Origin: Bacteroidota bacterium
GTDB lineage: Bacteria; Bacteroidota; Bacteroidia; Palsa-965
DNA: 64,000 nucleotides
Direction of reading: 5' to 3'
Assembly: GCA_006218065.1 (NCBI GenBank)
Contig: VBWE01000002.1
Coordinates: 85,973-149,972, forward strand
Shown: positions 27,409 to 37,039 of the stretch, piece by piece
Layout: every line of letters begins with the position of its first letter
Numbering within the stretch: the first letter of the stretch is position 1
Translations under genes and position numbers: made by a program
The notes under the pieces: generated by a model
Seen by the model: only the letters and a program-made list of their open reading frames with translations
What the model was told of the DNA's origin: nothing
Database searches by the model: none

Positions 27409-28557
27409 TCAGAAAAGGCGTTTGGTAGAAAGCGAAATGTCTCTGCAATACGAAATCGGGATGCCGGCGATTACCAGTTGTTTGATCATTTCCTGTACCG
27501 GGTGCTGGTGCGAAACCACGGTGAAAAATCCGCCGTTAAAATGTACCTGCGCTTCGAGTACCGTGAGCGCCTGGGCGATTTCTTCGCGCGTAGCCGGGGT
27601 TTCCAGCTCGAGCGCGAAACCGAGTGAACGCACATCCGTTTTCCCGGTCTGGTAAATACACTGACCCTGCCGGATCAGCATCACCGAATCGGCGGCCTTT
27701 TCTACTTCGTGCAACTGCTGGGAAGTGAGCAGCACGGTCATCCGGTTCACTGCCGACTTCACGAGAAAACGCAGGTCGCTGAGCAAAGTCTGCTGCGCGT
27801 GAATATCCAGGTTGGCGAGCGGCTCGTCCAGGATCAGCACACGCGGCTGCTGCAAAAGCACGCGCGCAATTTCAAAACGTGTGCGGTACCCGCTGCTGAT
27901 CTGGTTCCACGTAAGTTCTGCAAACCCGGCCAGGCCGAAACGTTCCAGCATAAATCCGACCATCAGGTCGTTTTCTTCACCTTTAACTCCCGAAATGGCT
28001 GCCGAAAAATGCAGGTTGTCTTTCAGCCTGCCGTACCAGCGCGGGATGCGCTGCGGGATAAAAGCGACGCGGTTTTTCAGCGTATAAAAATCGTGATCCG
28101 GCAAACCCGCAAAACTGATTTTTCCCGAATCGATGGCGAGCTGCCCGGCCAGGCAACGCAGGAGCGTGGTTTTCCCGTTCCCGTTTTCGCCCACTACGCC
28201 GAGTATCTGCCCGGCATAAAGATCGAGGCTGGTCGGTTTCATGCTGAAAGCGCCGCTGCTATATGTTTTGGAAACGCCGTGCGCCTGCATCAGCAGCGAA
28301 TCGCCCGGCGCCGCGGGATAAGTCGCTTTGGAAAGTTCATGCAGCAGTGTGCGCGACTCCTGCGCCAGGTCTTCGTTCCAGGGATTCACGGGATTCGCGT
28401 TACGGGCGATCCTGAACCGGCTGCTCAACTGCATGGCGCGCAGCATAAGTTCACGCTGCTTCGAATCAAGCGCAAGGTCCATCATTCTTCGTACCGCCAG
28501 CGGATGGTCGCCGTGCCGGAGAAAAACGTCGATTTCGGAAAGGGCTGTATGGCTCAT
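27409..28557 (-). CDS. ABC transporter ATP-binding protein with about 85-aa N-terminal extension
   Basis: Walker A GENGNGKTT, signature LSGGYRTRFEIARVLL-like (ISSGYRTRFEIARVL), Walker B ILILDEP, H-loop. Confidence 0.75.
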   Translation of the reverse strand: MSHTALSEIDVFLRHGDHPLAVRRMMDLALDSKQRELMLRAMQLSSRFRIARNANPVNPWNEDLAQESRTLLHELSKATYPAAPGDSLLMQAHGVSKTYSSGAFSMKPTSLDLYAGQILGVVGENGNGKTTLLRCLAGQLAIDSGKISFAGLPDHDFYTLKNRVAFIPQRIPRWYGRLKDNLHFSAAISGVKGEENDLMVGFMLERFGLAGFAELTWNQISSGYRTRFEIARVLLQQPRVLILDEPLANLDIHAQQTLLSDLRFLVKSAVNRMTVLLTSQQLHEVEKAADSVMLIRQGQCIYQTGKTDVRSLGFALELETPATREEIAQALTVLEAQVHFNGGFFTVVSHQHPVQEMIKQLVIAGIPISYCRDISLSTKRLF

Positions 28558-28759
28558 GGAGGAGTATTAAAAGATCATGCAACTTACTGAAATTAGAGAA
28601 TCGCGGATGTTAATAGTTGCAAAGAAAAGAGTGATGGAGAACCTGGAAGACGAAACGTAAAATGCAAAATGTCAAATGATAAAATCCAAAGTGAATCGCC
28701 CTTTTACATTTGATATTCAGCGTTTGGTATTTGAAATTGGTTCCCGGAAAAATTTACGA

Positions 28760-29605
28760 CTAATCGAAACAGTTGAACGTGCTGCCGTCGTAGCTGGCAA
28801 ACACCATGCTCGGATGCGAGTCAAGATGAAAAACGTTTCCTTTGTGGTCGATAGCAATCGCGCCGGCGAACCCGTCGATTTCTTTCAGCTCGGCGAACGT
28901 TTTGCGAAATGCGTTTTCGATGTCCATGCCGTCGGAAATGCGCGTTACGATTTTGGTTGCAACGGCCGTGCTTACAATGTCTTCACCCACGCCCGTGCAG
29001 CTTACGCCGCAAAACCCGTTCGCATAATTTCCCGCCGTGGTGGCCGAATCGGAAATGCGACCGGGAATTTCAAATCCTTTTCCGCCGGTAGATGTCGCCG
29101 CAGCGATATGGCCTTTCGCATCGAAAGCGACGCAGCCCACCGTGCCGGTTACTTTTGCCGCGCGTTTTTTTTCCTCGTACTCTTTTCTGCGCTGGGGAAT
29201 TTCCGTGCTGAAAACCGGGAACCCGTTTTCCCGCGCAAAGCGCGTAGCGCCTGCTCCGCCCAGCACGCGGTCGTCGGCCGGGAATAATTTTTCAGCTACG
29301 CGGATCGGGTTTTTCACTTCCTCGATATTGATCACCCCGCTGAACCGCTGCGAAACACCGTCCATAATAGATGCGCTCATCCGGATCACGCCGTCGCTCT
29401 GGATCTGCGAACCGGTTCCCGCATTGAAAAGCGGATCGTCTTCCAGTTGCGCCACGGCATGAATCACCGTTTCGAAAGCGGAATGTGCCCGGAGAAATTC
29501 GTATGAAGACGTGATGATCCGCTTCAGCGCTTCCTGCTTGGCCAGCTTGGTCTCCGCGCTCTGCGACGACTCGCTGAAAAATCCGCCGTGTATGATCAGT
29601 TTCAT
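28760..29605 (-). CDS. isoaspartyl dipeptidase / L-asparaginase (Ntn-hydrolase, plant-type asparaginase family)
   Basis: GAGATRF, the autoproteolytic GTVGCVAFD with Thr nucleophile, and GGKGFEIPGRISDS are all conserved. Confidence 0.8.
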   Translation of the reverse strand: MKLIIHGGFFSESSQSAETKLAKQEALKRIITSSYEFLRAHSAFETVIHAVAQLEDDPLFNAGTGSQIQSDGVIRMSASIMDGVSQRFSGVINIEEVKNPIRVAEKLFPADDRVLGGAGATRFARENGFPVFSTEIPQRRKEYEEKKRAAKVTGTVGCVAFDAKGHIAAATSTGGKGFEIPGRISDSATTAGNYANGFCGVSCTGVGEDIVSTAVATKIVTRISDGMDIENAFRKTFAELKEIDGFAGAIAIDHKGNVFHLDSHPSMVFASYDGSTFNCFD

Positions 29606-29762
29606 GAGTCGGGTTTAAAAGGTTCCATTAAAAAGTAATCGATCTAAAATGTCCGGCCTGCCGGACGAGAGAGCACGTTCAAAAGTATATTTAAAAAGAA
29701 CGTCAGCTTAGGCTGAAAGCCGAACCGGCATCCTCTCCTTAGGAGAGGAAGGAGGTGAGACT

Positions 29763-30635
29763 TTACACATGCTGCGACGAATGAATACTCATATTATGCG
29801 TACTCAAATCGTACCGGTCGAACATGCTCATCACGTGTACCACTAAATTCTTGATGGAAACCGGCTGCCCGAGTTCCACCGCCGTCAGGTTCGTGTCTTT
29901 AATATGACGTCCGTCGACAAGAATAACAAGTCCCGAGCCGATGGCTTCCATGTTTTTCCCTTCGGTGATCAGCAGGCCGGTGTCTTCACCAAGCCCGATG
30001 CCGAGCACTTTCGGATTTCCGACCACCACCTGGAAAAGGCGACCGATGCGGCCACGCTGTACAAAGTGCGTATCGATCACCACATCGTCGATCAGGCCCA
30101 GGCCGCTGGTGATTTTCACTTCGCCTTTGAGCAACGCTTCCTGGCTGGAGCCCTGGTAAATCATATTGTTGGATGCCGCCGCGGCGCCTGCGGATGTTCC
30201 CGCGAAAATAAATTCTTCCTCCTTGTATTTCCGGAGCAGGATATCATGAAAAGCCGTTCCGCCGAGAATTGATGTAAGCCGCAGCTGATCGCCGCCGGTA
30301 AACATCACCACGTCGCATTTTTCGAGACGCTCCAGGTGCGCGGGATCGATCGCCTGTTCCCGGTTTTCGATATGCATCACGCCCACATGCTCCGCACCCA
30401 GGTATTCAAACGCTTTGGCATATTCGGGGCCCACTTCGCGCGGAATTTTGGAAGCGGTGGTGACGATTTCGATTGGTGATTTTTCCTTGTGCAGCGATTC
30501 TACAATGATACGCTTCAGGATACCGGTCTCGAAAAAGTTCAGGTTCTTTTCAACCTGCTTGTCGAAATTTTTCTCGGTGAAACTCCCTTTATCAACAGCG
30601 CCGCCAACGATGACCAGCTTCCCTTTTGGATTCAT
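29763..30635 (-). CDS. cphB: cyanophycinase (peptidase S51)
   Basis: KLVIVGGAVDKG...FTGGDQ...FAGTSAGAAAASN matches the CphB catalytic Ser region. Lies next to cphA and the isoaspartyl dipeptidase gene. Confidence 0.8.
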   Translation of the reverse strand: MNPKGKLVIVGGAVDKGSFTEKNFDKQVEKNLNFFETGILKRIIVESLHKEKSPIEIVTTASKIPREVGPEYAKAFEYLGAEHVGVMHIENREQAIDPAHLERLEKCDVVMFTGGDQLRLTSILGGTAFHDILLRKYKEEEFIFAGTSAGAAAASNNMIYQGSSQEALLKGEVKITSGLGLIDDVVIDTHFVQRGRIGRLFQVVVGNPKVLGIGLGEDTGLLITEGKNMEAIGSGLVILVDGRHIKDTNLTAVELGQPVSIKNLVVHVMSMFDRYDLSTHNMSIHSSQHV

Positions 30636-30710
30636 GATGCAAAATTAACATAGAAGAGCTTGTGTAAAACCGTGTCTTCATAAATTTTTAGTAACTGGTG
30701 CGGTAGCCTT

Positions 30711-30860
30711 TCGATTTAATTTCGAATGACGAATGCCGAAGGGCGAATTCAGTTAGCGTCTTCGCGACGAAGACTGTAAACGCTTTTAACCGCGAAGGCG
30801 CTAAGACGCTAACGTATATTTCAATTCGCAATTCGGCATTCGCCCTTCGGAATTCGAAAT
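30711..30860. promoter_or_regulatory. about 150-bp imperfect palindrome in the divergent cphB/cphA promoter region
   Basis: Left arm cgaatgacgaatgccgaagggcgaattc...gttagcgtcttcgcg. Right arm cgcgaaggcgctaagacgctaac...gaattcgcaattcggcattcgcccttcggaattcg. Shuffled but clearly complementary blocks. Confidence 0.45.
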
Positions 30861-30921
30861 TGGTCGCAGGGATTTATACAGGCTTTTTGATAAATTTACC
30901 GTTCACGAAAACGCAGACACG

Positions 30922-33537
30922 GTGAAAATACTGAGCATTCAAGCATTGCGGGGCCCGAATATATGGAGCGTAAACCGGAAAAAACTGATCCAGATGCGCC
31001 TCGATCTCGAGGATATGGAGCAAAAACCGACCGATAAAATACCCGGTTTCCGGCAGCGGCTTGAAGCGATGTTTCCTTCCATGATCGAGCACCGTTGCTC
31101 GGAAGGCGAGCGGGGAGGTTTTTTTCACCGCATTGATCGCGGCACCTGGATGGGACATGTGATCGAGCATATCGCGCTCGAAACGCAGAGTCTCGCCGGT
31201 ATGGAAACCGGTTTCGGCAGAACGCGTGAAACGAATACGCCGGGTATTTATAACGTGGTATTCAGTTACGTTGAAGAAAAAGTCGGCATGTTCGCGGCGG
31301 AATCTGCCGTGCGCATTGCCGAAGCGCTGGTCAGCGGCGTGGAATACGATCTGCAGGCCGACCTGAAAAAAATGCGCGAGATACGCGAAGACGTCCGCCT
31401 CGGGCCCAGCACCGGCAGCATCGTAGACGAAGCCGTGGCCCGCGATATCCCGTGGATCCGCCTCGGTTCGAATTCGCTGGTCCAGCTCGGCTACGGTGTG
31501 AACCAGATGCGTTTCCAGGCGACGATCACCTGCAAAACCAGCAATATCGCCGTCGATATCGCCTGCAACAAAGAAGAAACCAAGCGCATGCTCGACGCCG
31601 CAAATATTCCCGTGGCCAAAGGCGATATCTGCGTGGATGAAGAAGACCTCGAAGCCACGATAAAACGAATCAGTTACCCGATCGTGATCAAGCCGCTCGA
31701 CGGGAACCACGGCAAAGGCGCCTCGATCAACATCACGAAATGGGAAGATGCCGTGGAAGGTCTCACCCATGCGAAAAAATACAGCCGCCGGGTTATCGTC
31801 GAACGTTTCATCACCGGCTTTGATTTTCGTATTCTCGTTATCGACAATAAAGTAGTGGCTGCCGCCCAGCGTGTACCTGCGCACGTAAAAGGCGACGGCA
31901 GGCACACCATCCAGCAGCTCATCGACGCCGAAAACAAAGATTCGCGCCGCGGGTACGGGCATGAAAATGTACTGACCGAAATTTCCGTCGACCGCGACAC
32001 GACAGATTTGCTCGAAAAGAAAAACTATACGCTGGAAACCGTTCCCGCGGCAGGCGAAATTGTTTACCTGAAATCAACAGCCAACCTGAGCACCGGCGGC
32101 ACGTCAATCGACGTAACGGATATGATGCACCCGGAAAATATTTTTCTCGCCGAACGCATCGCACGCGTGATCGGGCTGGACGTTTGCGGAATCGATATCA
32201 TGGCGAAAAACCTGACGCAGCCGCTGAAAGAAAACGGCGGCGTGATCCTGGAAGTGAACGCTGCGCCCGGTTTCCGCATGCACCTCGCACCTTCGGAAGG
32301 ACTGCCGCGCAACGTGGCCGCGCCGGTAATCGATATGCTTTACCCGCCGGGAAAACCGAGCCGCATCCCGATTTTCGCGGTGACGGGAACGAACGGGAAA
32401 ACCACGACCACGCGACTGCTCGCGCACATTGTGAAATACAACGGGTACAAAGTTGGTTACACGACTTCCGACGGTATTTACGTGCAGAACCACATGCTCG
32501 AAAAAGGCGATACTACCGGCCCGATCAGCGCGGAATTCATCCTGAAAGATCCGACCGTTGAATTCGCCGTGCTCGAAACGGCGCGGGGCGGTATTTTGCG
32601 GGCGGGACTCGGGTTCAGCCGCTGCGATATCGGCATCATCACGAATATCCAGGAAGACCATCTCGGCCTGAGCGATATCGATACGCTGGAAGATCTCGCG
32701 CGCGTGAAAAGCGTGGTGGTGAACAGCGTGAAAAACACTGGCTGGGCCATTCTGAATGCCGAAGACGCCTATTGCCTGAAGATCGCGGAAACGCTGAGCT
32801 GCAATGTAGCCCTGTTCAGTATGAACGAACATTGCGATGCCATCGTGCAGCATTGCCGGAAAGGCGGGATCGCCGCGATTTACGAAAACGGTTTTATCAC
32901 GATCAAAAAAGGCGACTGGAAAATACGGCTTGATAAAGCCACGCACATCCCGCTCACCATGGGCGGAAAAGCGAAGTTTATGATCGCCAATGTTCTTGCG
33001 GCCACGCTTGCGGCGTATTTGTACGGCTTCAAAACGGAGGACATCAAAACTTCGCTCACCACATTTATTCCCGGCGCAGCGCAGACTCCGGGCCGCATGA
33101 ATGTTTTTAATTTCAAAAAATTCACCGTGATGATCGACTTTGCGCATAACCCGGCCGGGTATCTCGGCATCGAGGATTATATGCAGAGCGTGACTTCTGC
33201 GCATAAAGTGGGCATCATCGCCGGCGTGGGCGACCGCCGCGACAGCGATATCCGCGAATGCGGCACGATTGCAGCGCGCATGTTCGATCACATCATCATC
33301 CGCCAGGAAAAACATTTGCGCGGAAGAACCGAAGAAGAGATCATCAACCTGATCCTCGAAGGCATCAACGCGGCGGATAAAAAAGTGACTTACGAGATCA
33401 TCCCGAAAGAAACCGAAGCGATCAAGCACGCCATCAGCATCGCGAAAGAAGGGACGTTTATCGTCGCGCTGAGCGATGTGGTGACCAACGCGATCGACAT
33501 CGTGCAGCAGTACCTGGATAAGGAAAACGAAAGCTGA
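30922..33537 (+). CDS. cphA: cyanophycin synthetase (ATP-grasp plus Mur-ligase-like domains)
   Basis: N-terminus MKILSIQALRGPNIWS matches the canonical CphA start; GTG start at 30922. ATP-grasp and Mur ligase (GTNGKTTT) motifs. 871 aa. Confidence 0.9.
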   Translation: MKILSIQALRGPNIWSVNRKKLIQMRLDLEDMEQKPTDKIPGFRQRLEAMFPSMIEHRCSEGERGGFFHRIDRGTWMGHVIEHIALETQSLAGMETGFGRTRETNTPGIYNVVFSYVEEKVGMFAAESAVRIAEALVSGVEYDLQADLKKMREIREDVRLGPSTGSIVDEAVARDIPWIRLGSNSLVQLGYGVNQMRFQATITCKTSNIAVDIACNKEETKRMLDAANIPVAKGDICVDEEDLEATIKRISYPIVIKPLDGNHGKGASINITKWEDAVEGLTHAKKYSRRVIVERFITGFDFRILVIDNKVVAAAQRVPAHVKGDGRHTIQQLIDAENKDSRRGYGHENVLTEISVDRDTTDLLEKKNYTLETVPAAGEIVYLKSTANLSTGGTSIDVTDMMHPENIFLAERIARVIGLDVCGIDIMAKNLTQPLKENGGVILEVNAAPGFRMHLAPSEGLPRNVAAPVIDMLYPPGKPSRIPIFAVTGTNGKTTTTRLLAHIVKYNGYKVGYTTSDGIYVQNHMLEKGDTTGPISAEFILKDPTVEFAVLETARGGILRAGLGFSRCDIGIITNIQEDHLGLSDIDTLEDLARVKSVVVNSVKNTGWAILNAEDAYCLKIAETLSCNVALFSMNEHCDAIVQHCRKGGIAAIYENGFITIKKGDWKIRLDKATHIPLTMGGKAKFMIANVLAATLAAYLYGFKTEDIKTSLTTFIPGAAQTPGRMNVFNFKKFTVMIDFAHNPAGYLGIEDYMQSVTSAHKVGIIAGVGDRRDSDIRECGTIAARMFDHIIIRQEKHLRGRTEEEIINLILEGINAADKKVTYEIIPKETEAIKHAISIAKEGTFIVALSDVVTNAIDIVQQYLDKENES

Positions 33538-33540
33538 TCT

Positions 33541-34011
33541 TCAGCGCGGGTTTTTCATCCGGAAATGCAGGATGAACGAAACTGCCGATGCAAATGTCAG
33601 CAACACGCCCAGCCAGAGCAATCCTTCGAACAGGACCAGCGAAAGCGGTTCATGCATGACGTTATAAGGAAGGTAAAACTCGAACCAGGGAATCGTCATC
33701 AGCCAGTTCAGCAGTCCGAATGTAATTCCTTTCCGGAACCAGCCACCTTTCAGTTTATCGCTGAGAAAAGCAAAAACCAGCACACCGATACTGCTGATCA
33801 TATAAATTCCGCAGAGAAGCAGGTTCGGTTCCGTTGCAACACGCGGAAGCGGTTCGGTTATAAACACCCCGATGAATTTTTCGCTTTGTATCCCGGGATC
33901 GGCCAGGATATGCTGCGCGCCCGAGTAAATGAAAAAAAACAGGAACGCTCCGTACCAGGCCATTCCCCCGGCCAGCAGCGCAAGAATAATCCGCGTGATT
34001 TTTCTGTTCAT
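33541..34011 (-). CDS. hypothetical membrane protein (4-5 TM)
   Basis: Start trimmed to MNRKITRIILALLAGG. Hydrophobic throughout. Confidence 0.45.
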   Translation of the reverse strand: MNRKITRIILALLAGGMAWYGAFLFFFIYSGAQHILADPGIQSEKFIGVFITEPLPRVATEPNLLLCGIYMISSIGVLVFAFLSDKLKGGWFRKGITFGLLNWLMTIPWFEFYLPYNVMHEPLSLVLFEGLLWLGVLLTFASAVSFILHFRMKNPR

Positions 34012-34204
34012 GCGGAAAAGTATAAAATCAGCCCGCCTGCCGGCGGATTTATTATACGACCGGCGGTTTGTTTTTCCGGGAGGCTGAAAACAGCGGAGAA
34101 TGGTTCGGCATGGCAATTTCCCGGCGTTTTTTGCGTTTACAAGTCACAAACCACGAACCTGCGGATTATGGAATACACGTACTTTAAGCAAACCTGCTCC
34201 GCGT

Positions 34205-35344
34205 ATGAAGTATTTGATCTCCATCCCGCTTCTGCTCCTGGTCACCGGCCTCCGCGCCAATCCTACCGTCCAGCAGCGCATTTACCTGGCCTCGCAGCTC
34301 GATGAACTCCTCCGGCAATCCCGGGCCGATTCCGTTCTGCTTGTTGAACGCATGGCTGCGCTTGAATTTCACCGGATGATCAACGCGTACCGCCGCGAAC
34401 AGAAAACCGATACGCTTCAATGGAACGATACCCTCTGGATGGCTTCGCGCAACCATTGCCTGTGGATGTGCAGGAACAACAAACTTTCGCATAACCAGGA
34501 AGCGAGCACGGAACTTTTTTCCGGCGTGCGTCCCGGCGACCGGTACGATTACGTGGTGAACGGAAACGGCAGGCACAGCTGGTCGGGTGAAAATGCGCTT
34601 TACAACTGGAGCGGGAATGACGGAGAAAAAGAAAACGCGTATAAAGCGATTGCCCGCGAATCGTTCAACCAATGGAAAAACTCGCCGGGACATAATAAGA
34701 ATATGCTGAATCCGTCGAGCAAAGTGCACGGCACCGCGTTTATAATTGAACAGAAAAACGGCCGCACCTGGGGCACCGACCTGTTTGCCTACAGTCCGCG
34801 CGGATCGTATTATAATAAGCCGGTTAAAAATTCAAACCAGCCGAAATCGATCACCGTCGTGGAAAATACACCGGCGGAGAAAAAAACAACCGCGGCCGGT
34901 ACGCCGAAAAAAATCGAGCCGTCCAAAGTCCGTATACAGTTGTCGGACGGACTTTACGGAAACCAGAAAACGATAAAAGACGATGTCCTCGCCGCGGCTG
35001 CCGCAGAACATGCACGCTATCTCTCGCTCAACAAATCTGCCGGGCATGTGCAGGTCAAAGGGAAAAATTATTTCACGGGCGTTGACCCGCGGCATCGTGT
35101 AATTGCCGCTTCGCACGGTTTCGATAAGATCCGTTACCGGAAAAAATCCGTAGTGGAATCTGTAACCGTGATCGAAATAAAAAGCGAGCAGTTCAACCTG
35201 AACAATACGATCAAAAGTATCTGGCAGGCCTGGGAACAGGAAAACCCCGGCCAGGAAAAATCCGCTCCCGCCGGTATCGGCATCGAAGTGAAGCGGGTGA
35301 AGGATACGCTGAAGATTTATGCGGTTAAGCTGACTTCAGCATAA
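34205..35344 (+). CDS. secreted CAP (SCP/PR-1) domain protein with a second CAP-like C-terminal domain
   Basis: Signal peptide MKYLISIPLLLLVTGLRA. CAP motifs around GENALYNWSG...SFNQWKNSPGHNKNML. Confidence 0.6.
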   Translation: MKYLISIPLLLLVTGLRANPTVQQRIYLASQLDELLRQSRADSVLLVERMAALEFHRMINAYRREQKTDTLQWNDTLWMASRNHCLWMCRNNKLSHNQEASTELFSGVRPGDRYDYVVNGNGRHSWSGENALYNWSGNDGEKENAYKAIARESFNQWKNSPGHNKNMLNPSSKVHGTAFIIEQKNGRTWGTDLFAYSPRGSYYNKPVKNSNQPKSITVVENTPAEKKTTAAGTPKKIEPSKVRIQLSDGLYGNQKTIKDDVLAAAAAEHARYLSLNKSAGHVQVKGKNYFTGVDPRHRVIAASHGFDKIRYRKKSVVESVTVIEIKSEQFNLNNTIKSIWQAWEQENPGQEKSAPAGIGIEVKRVKDTLKIYAVKLTSA

Positions 35345-35387
35345 AAAAACGCCGTCCCGGTAATTACCAGGGCGGCATTTTTATTTA
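35343..35387. terminator. bidirectional rho-independent terminator between convergent CAP-domain gene and rtcB
   Basis: A-run, GCCGTCCCGG-taatta-CCAGGGCGGC hairpin, T-run. U-tracts on both strands. Confidence 0.6.
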
Positions 35388-35392
35388 CACAA

Positions 35393-36820
35393 TCAATCTT
35401 CACGGCTTCCGTCATCCGCCATGCGCACCATTTTCGGTGTGAAGGTCGCGATCACGTCCACCAGCTCCTGCTGTGCAGCCATCACCGTGCGGATGTCTTT
35501 GTACGCCATCGGCGCTTCATCCAGTCCCGCACCGATGAGCGTTACACCGTGCTCTTTCAGCACTGCGCGCATTTCCGCACCGGTGATGTTTTTGATGGCC
35601 TGCGTACGGCTCATCTGGCGGCCTGCGCCGTGTGAAGCGGAATTGATAGCTGAAGCTTCTCCTTTTCCGCGCACCAGGAATCCCGGCGCAGTCATCGATC
35701 CCGGGATGATGCCCATCACGTCTTTCGATGCCGGCGTAGCGCCTTTGCGGTGCACGATCACGTCCTGCCCGTTCCAGGTTTCTTTCCAGGCGAAGTTGTG
35801 GTGGTTTTCCACTTTCGCCAGCACGGTTGCGCCGATCGCTTTCACCAGGCGCTCGTGGATCACTTCGTGGCAGGCCGAAGCATAATCACCGGCGAGGTTC
35901 ATCGCCAGCCAGTACTCCTGGCCTTCTGCGCTGTCTAGGTCCAGCCAGGCGAGGTTCACCGCTTCTTTCGGCAGTTTGCAAAGCGACTTCGCCAGTTTGG
36001 TGTAATACCCGGCAACCGTAGCGCCGAAACCGCGCGAACCGGAATGCGTGAGCAGGGCAAGGTATTTCCCTTTGCGGATATTCAGTTTGGCATCATCGGT
36101 TTCAAATTCGATGATACCCCATTCCGCGAAATGGTTTCCGCCGCCGGAAGTTCCCAGCTGCGAAGCGGCTTTCTCAAAAAGTCCTTTGATGAACGGCGTC
36201 GCGTTAAACTCATCGCGTGCGAGGATCGCATGATCGGCTTTGTGTTTCCCGTTCCATCCTGCACCCGCACCGAATTTGGTGAAAGCGATCAGTTCGCGCT
36301 TATACATGTTTTCATTTTGCAGGAAGTGATTTTCCGGGATATCGAAAACCGACAAAGCCATACGGCAGCCGATATCCACACCCACGCCGTACGGAATCAC
36401 CGTGTTGTTCGTGGCCAGCACACCGCCGATCGGCAGTCCGTATCCCTGGTGCGCGTCCGGCATTAAAGCGCCGGCCACGGTAACCGGGAGTTTCATCGCC
36501 ACGTCCATCTGCGCGATTGCACCCGGTTCGATATTTCCTGCGCCGAAAACCGTATATGCCCCGGCAGTTTCGTTCAATGCAATTTCTGCGGTATCATCTT
36601 CTTCCGGCTTTTCAACCAGGTCGCTTGCAACAGCGGATAAAACGGTATCGTCCAGGAAATTCTCCGGCGACTGTACCAGTTTCACGAGGATAGCGAGCAC
36701 TTCTTCGCGCGACAGGTTGCGGTAGTGCTGATCGATCGTACGGATCGCCGTTCCGATCGCTTTTCCCTCCGGGAAGCCGATGTTTTTCAGGTCTTCTCCT
36801 TTAATGTTCAGCTTGTTCAT
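35393..36820 (-). CDS. rtcB: RtcB-family RNA 3'-phosphate ligase
   Basis: 475 aa with conserved RtcB blocks (HGAGR at SASHGAGRQMSR, metal-binding His/Asp/Cys positions, C-terminal His). Confidence 0.9.
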   Translation of the reverse strand: MNKLNIKGEDLKNIGFPEGKAIGTAIRTIDQHYRNLSREEVLAILVKLVQSPENFLDDTVLSAVASDLVEKPEEDDTAEIALNETAGAYTVFGAGNIEPGAIAQMDVAMKLPVTVAGALMPDAHQGYGLPIGGVLATNNTVIPYGVGVDIGCRMALSVFDIPENHFLQNENMYKRELIAFTKFGAGAGWNGKHKADHAILARDEFNATPFIKGLFEKAASQLGTSGGGNHFAEWGIIEFETDDAKLNIRKGKYLALLTHSGSRGFGATVAGYYTKLAKSLCKLPKEAVNLAWLDLDSAEGQEYWLAMNLAGDYASACHEVIHERLVKAIGATVLAKVENHHNFAWKETWNGQDVIVHRKGATPASKDVMGIIPGSMTAPGFLVRGKGEASAINSASHGAGRQMSRTQAIKNITGAEMRAVLKEHGVTLIGAGLDEAPMAYKDIRTVMAAQQELVDVIATFTPKMVRMADDGSRED

Positions 36821-36949
36821 CGTGTTTTGTTTTTATTTGATGAAGCAAAGTACCGGCAGCACTGCGCAAAGTAATTGCGCAGATGAAAAATAATTTGTTA
36901 AAATTACTCTCGCATTTAAAAGTACGTGCTTTTGCCCTCTTCCGGCGGG

Positions 36950-36990
36950 TTGAAAAAAGTGGGACCGGCCTGCCGAAGCAAACCGGTCCC
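36950..36990 (-). terminator. rho-independent terminator after the SPFH gene (GGGACCGG...CCGGTCCC plus UUUUUU on minus strand)
   Basis: 8-bp GC stem with a 14-nt loop. Followed on the minus strand by ACTTTTTTCAA. Confidence 0.55.
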
Positions 36991-37039
36991 GGGGTTAAGC
37001 GGGTGAAACACCCGCAGGGATTCACGTTAATGCCGGGAC

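Noticed and set aside
32104-33429. 441-aa minus-strand ORF
   Set aside because: Antisense to cphA.
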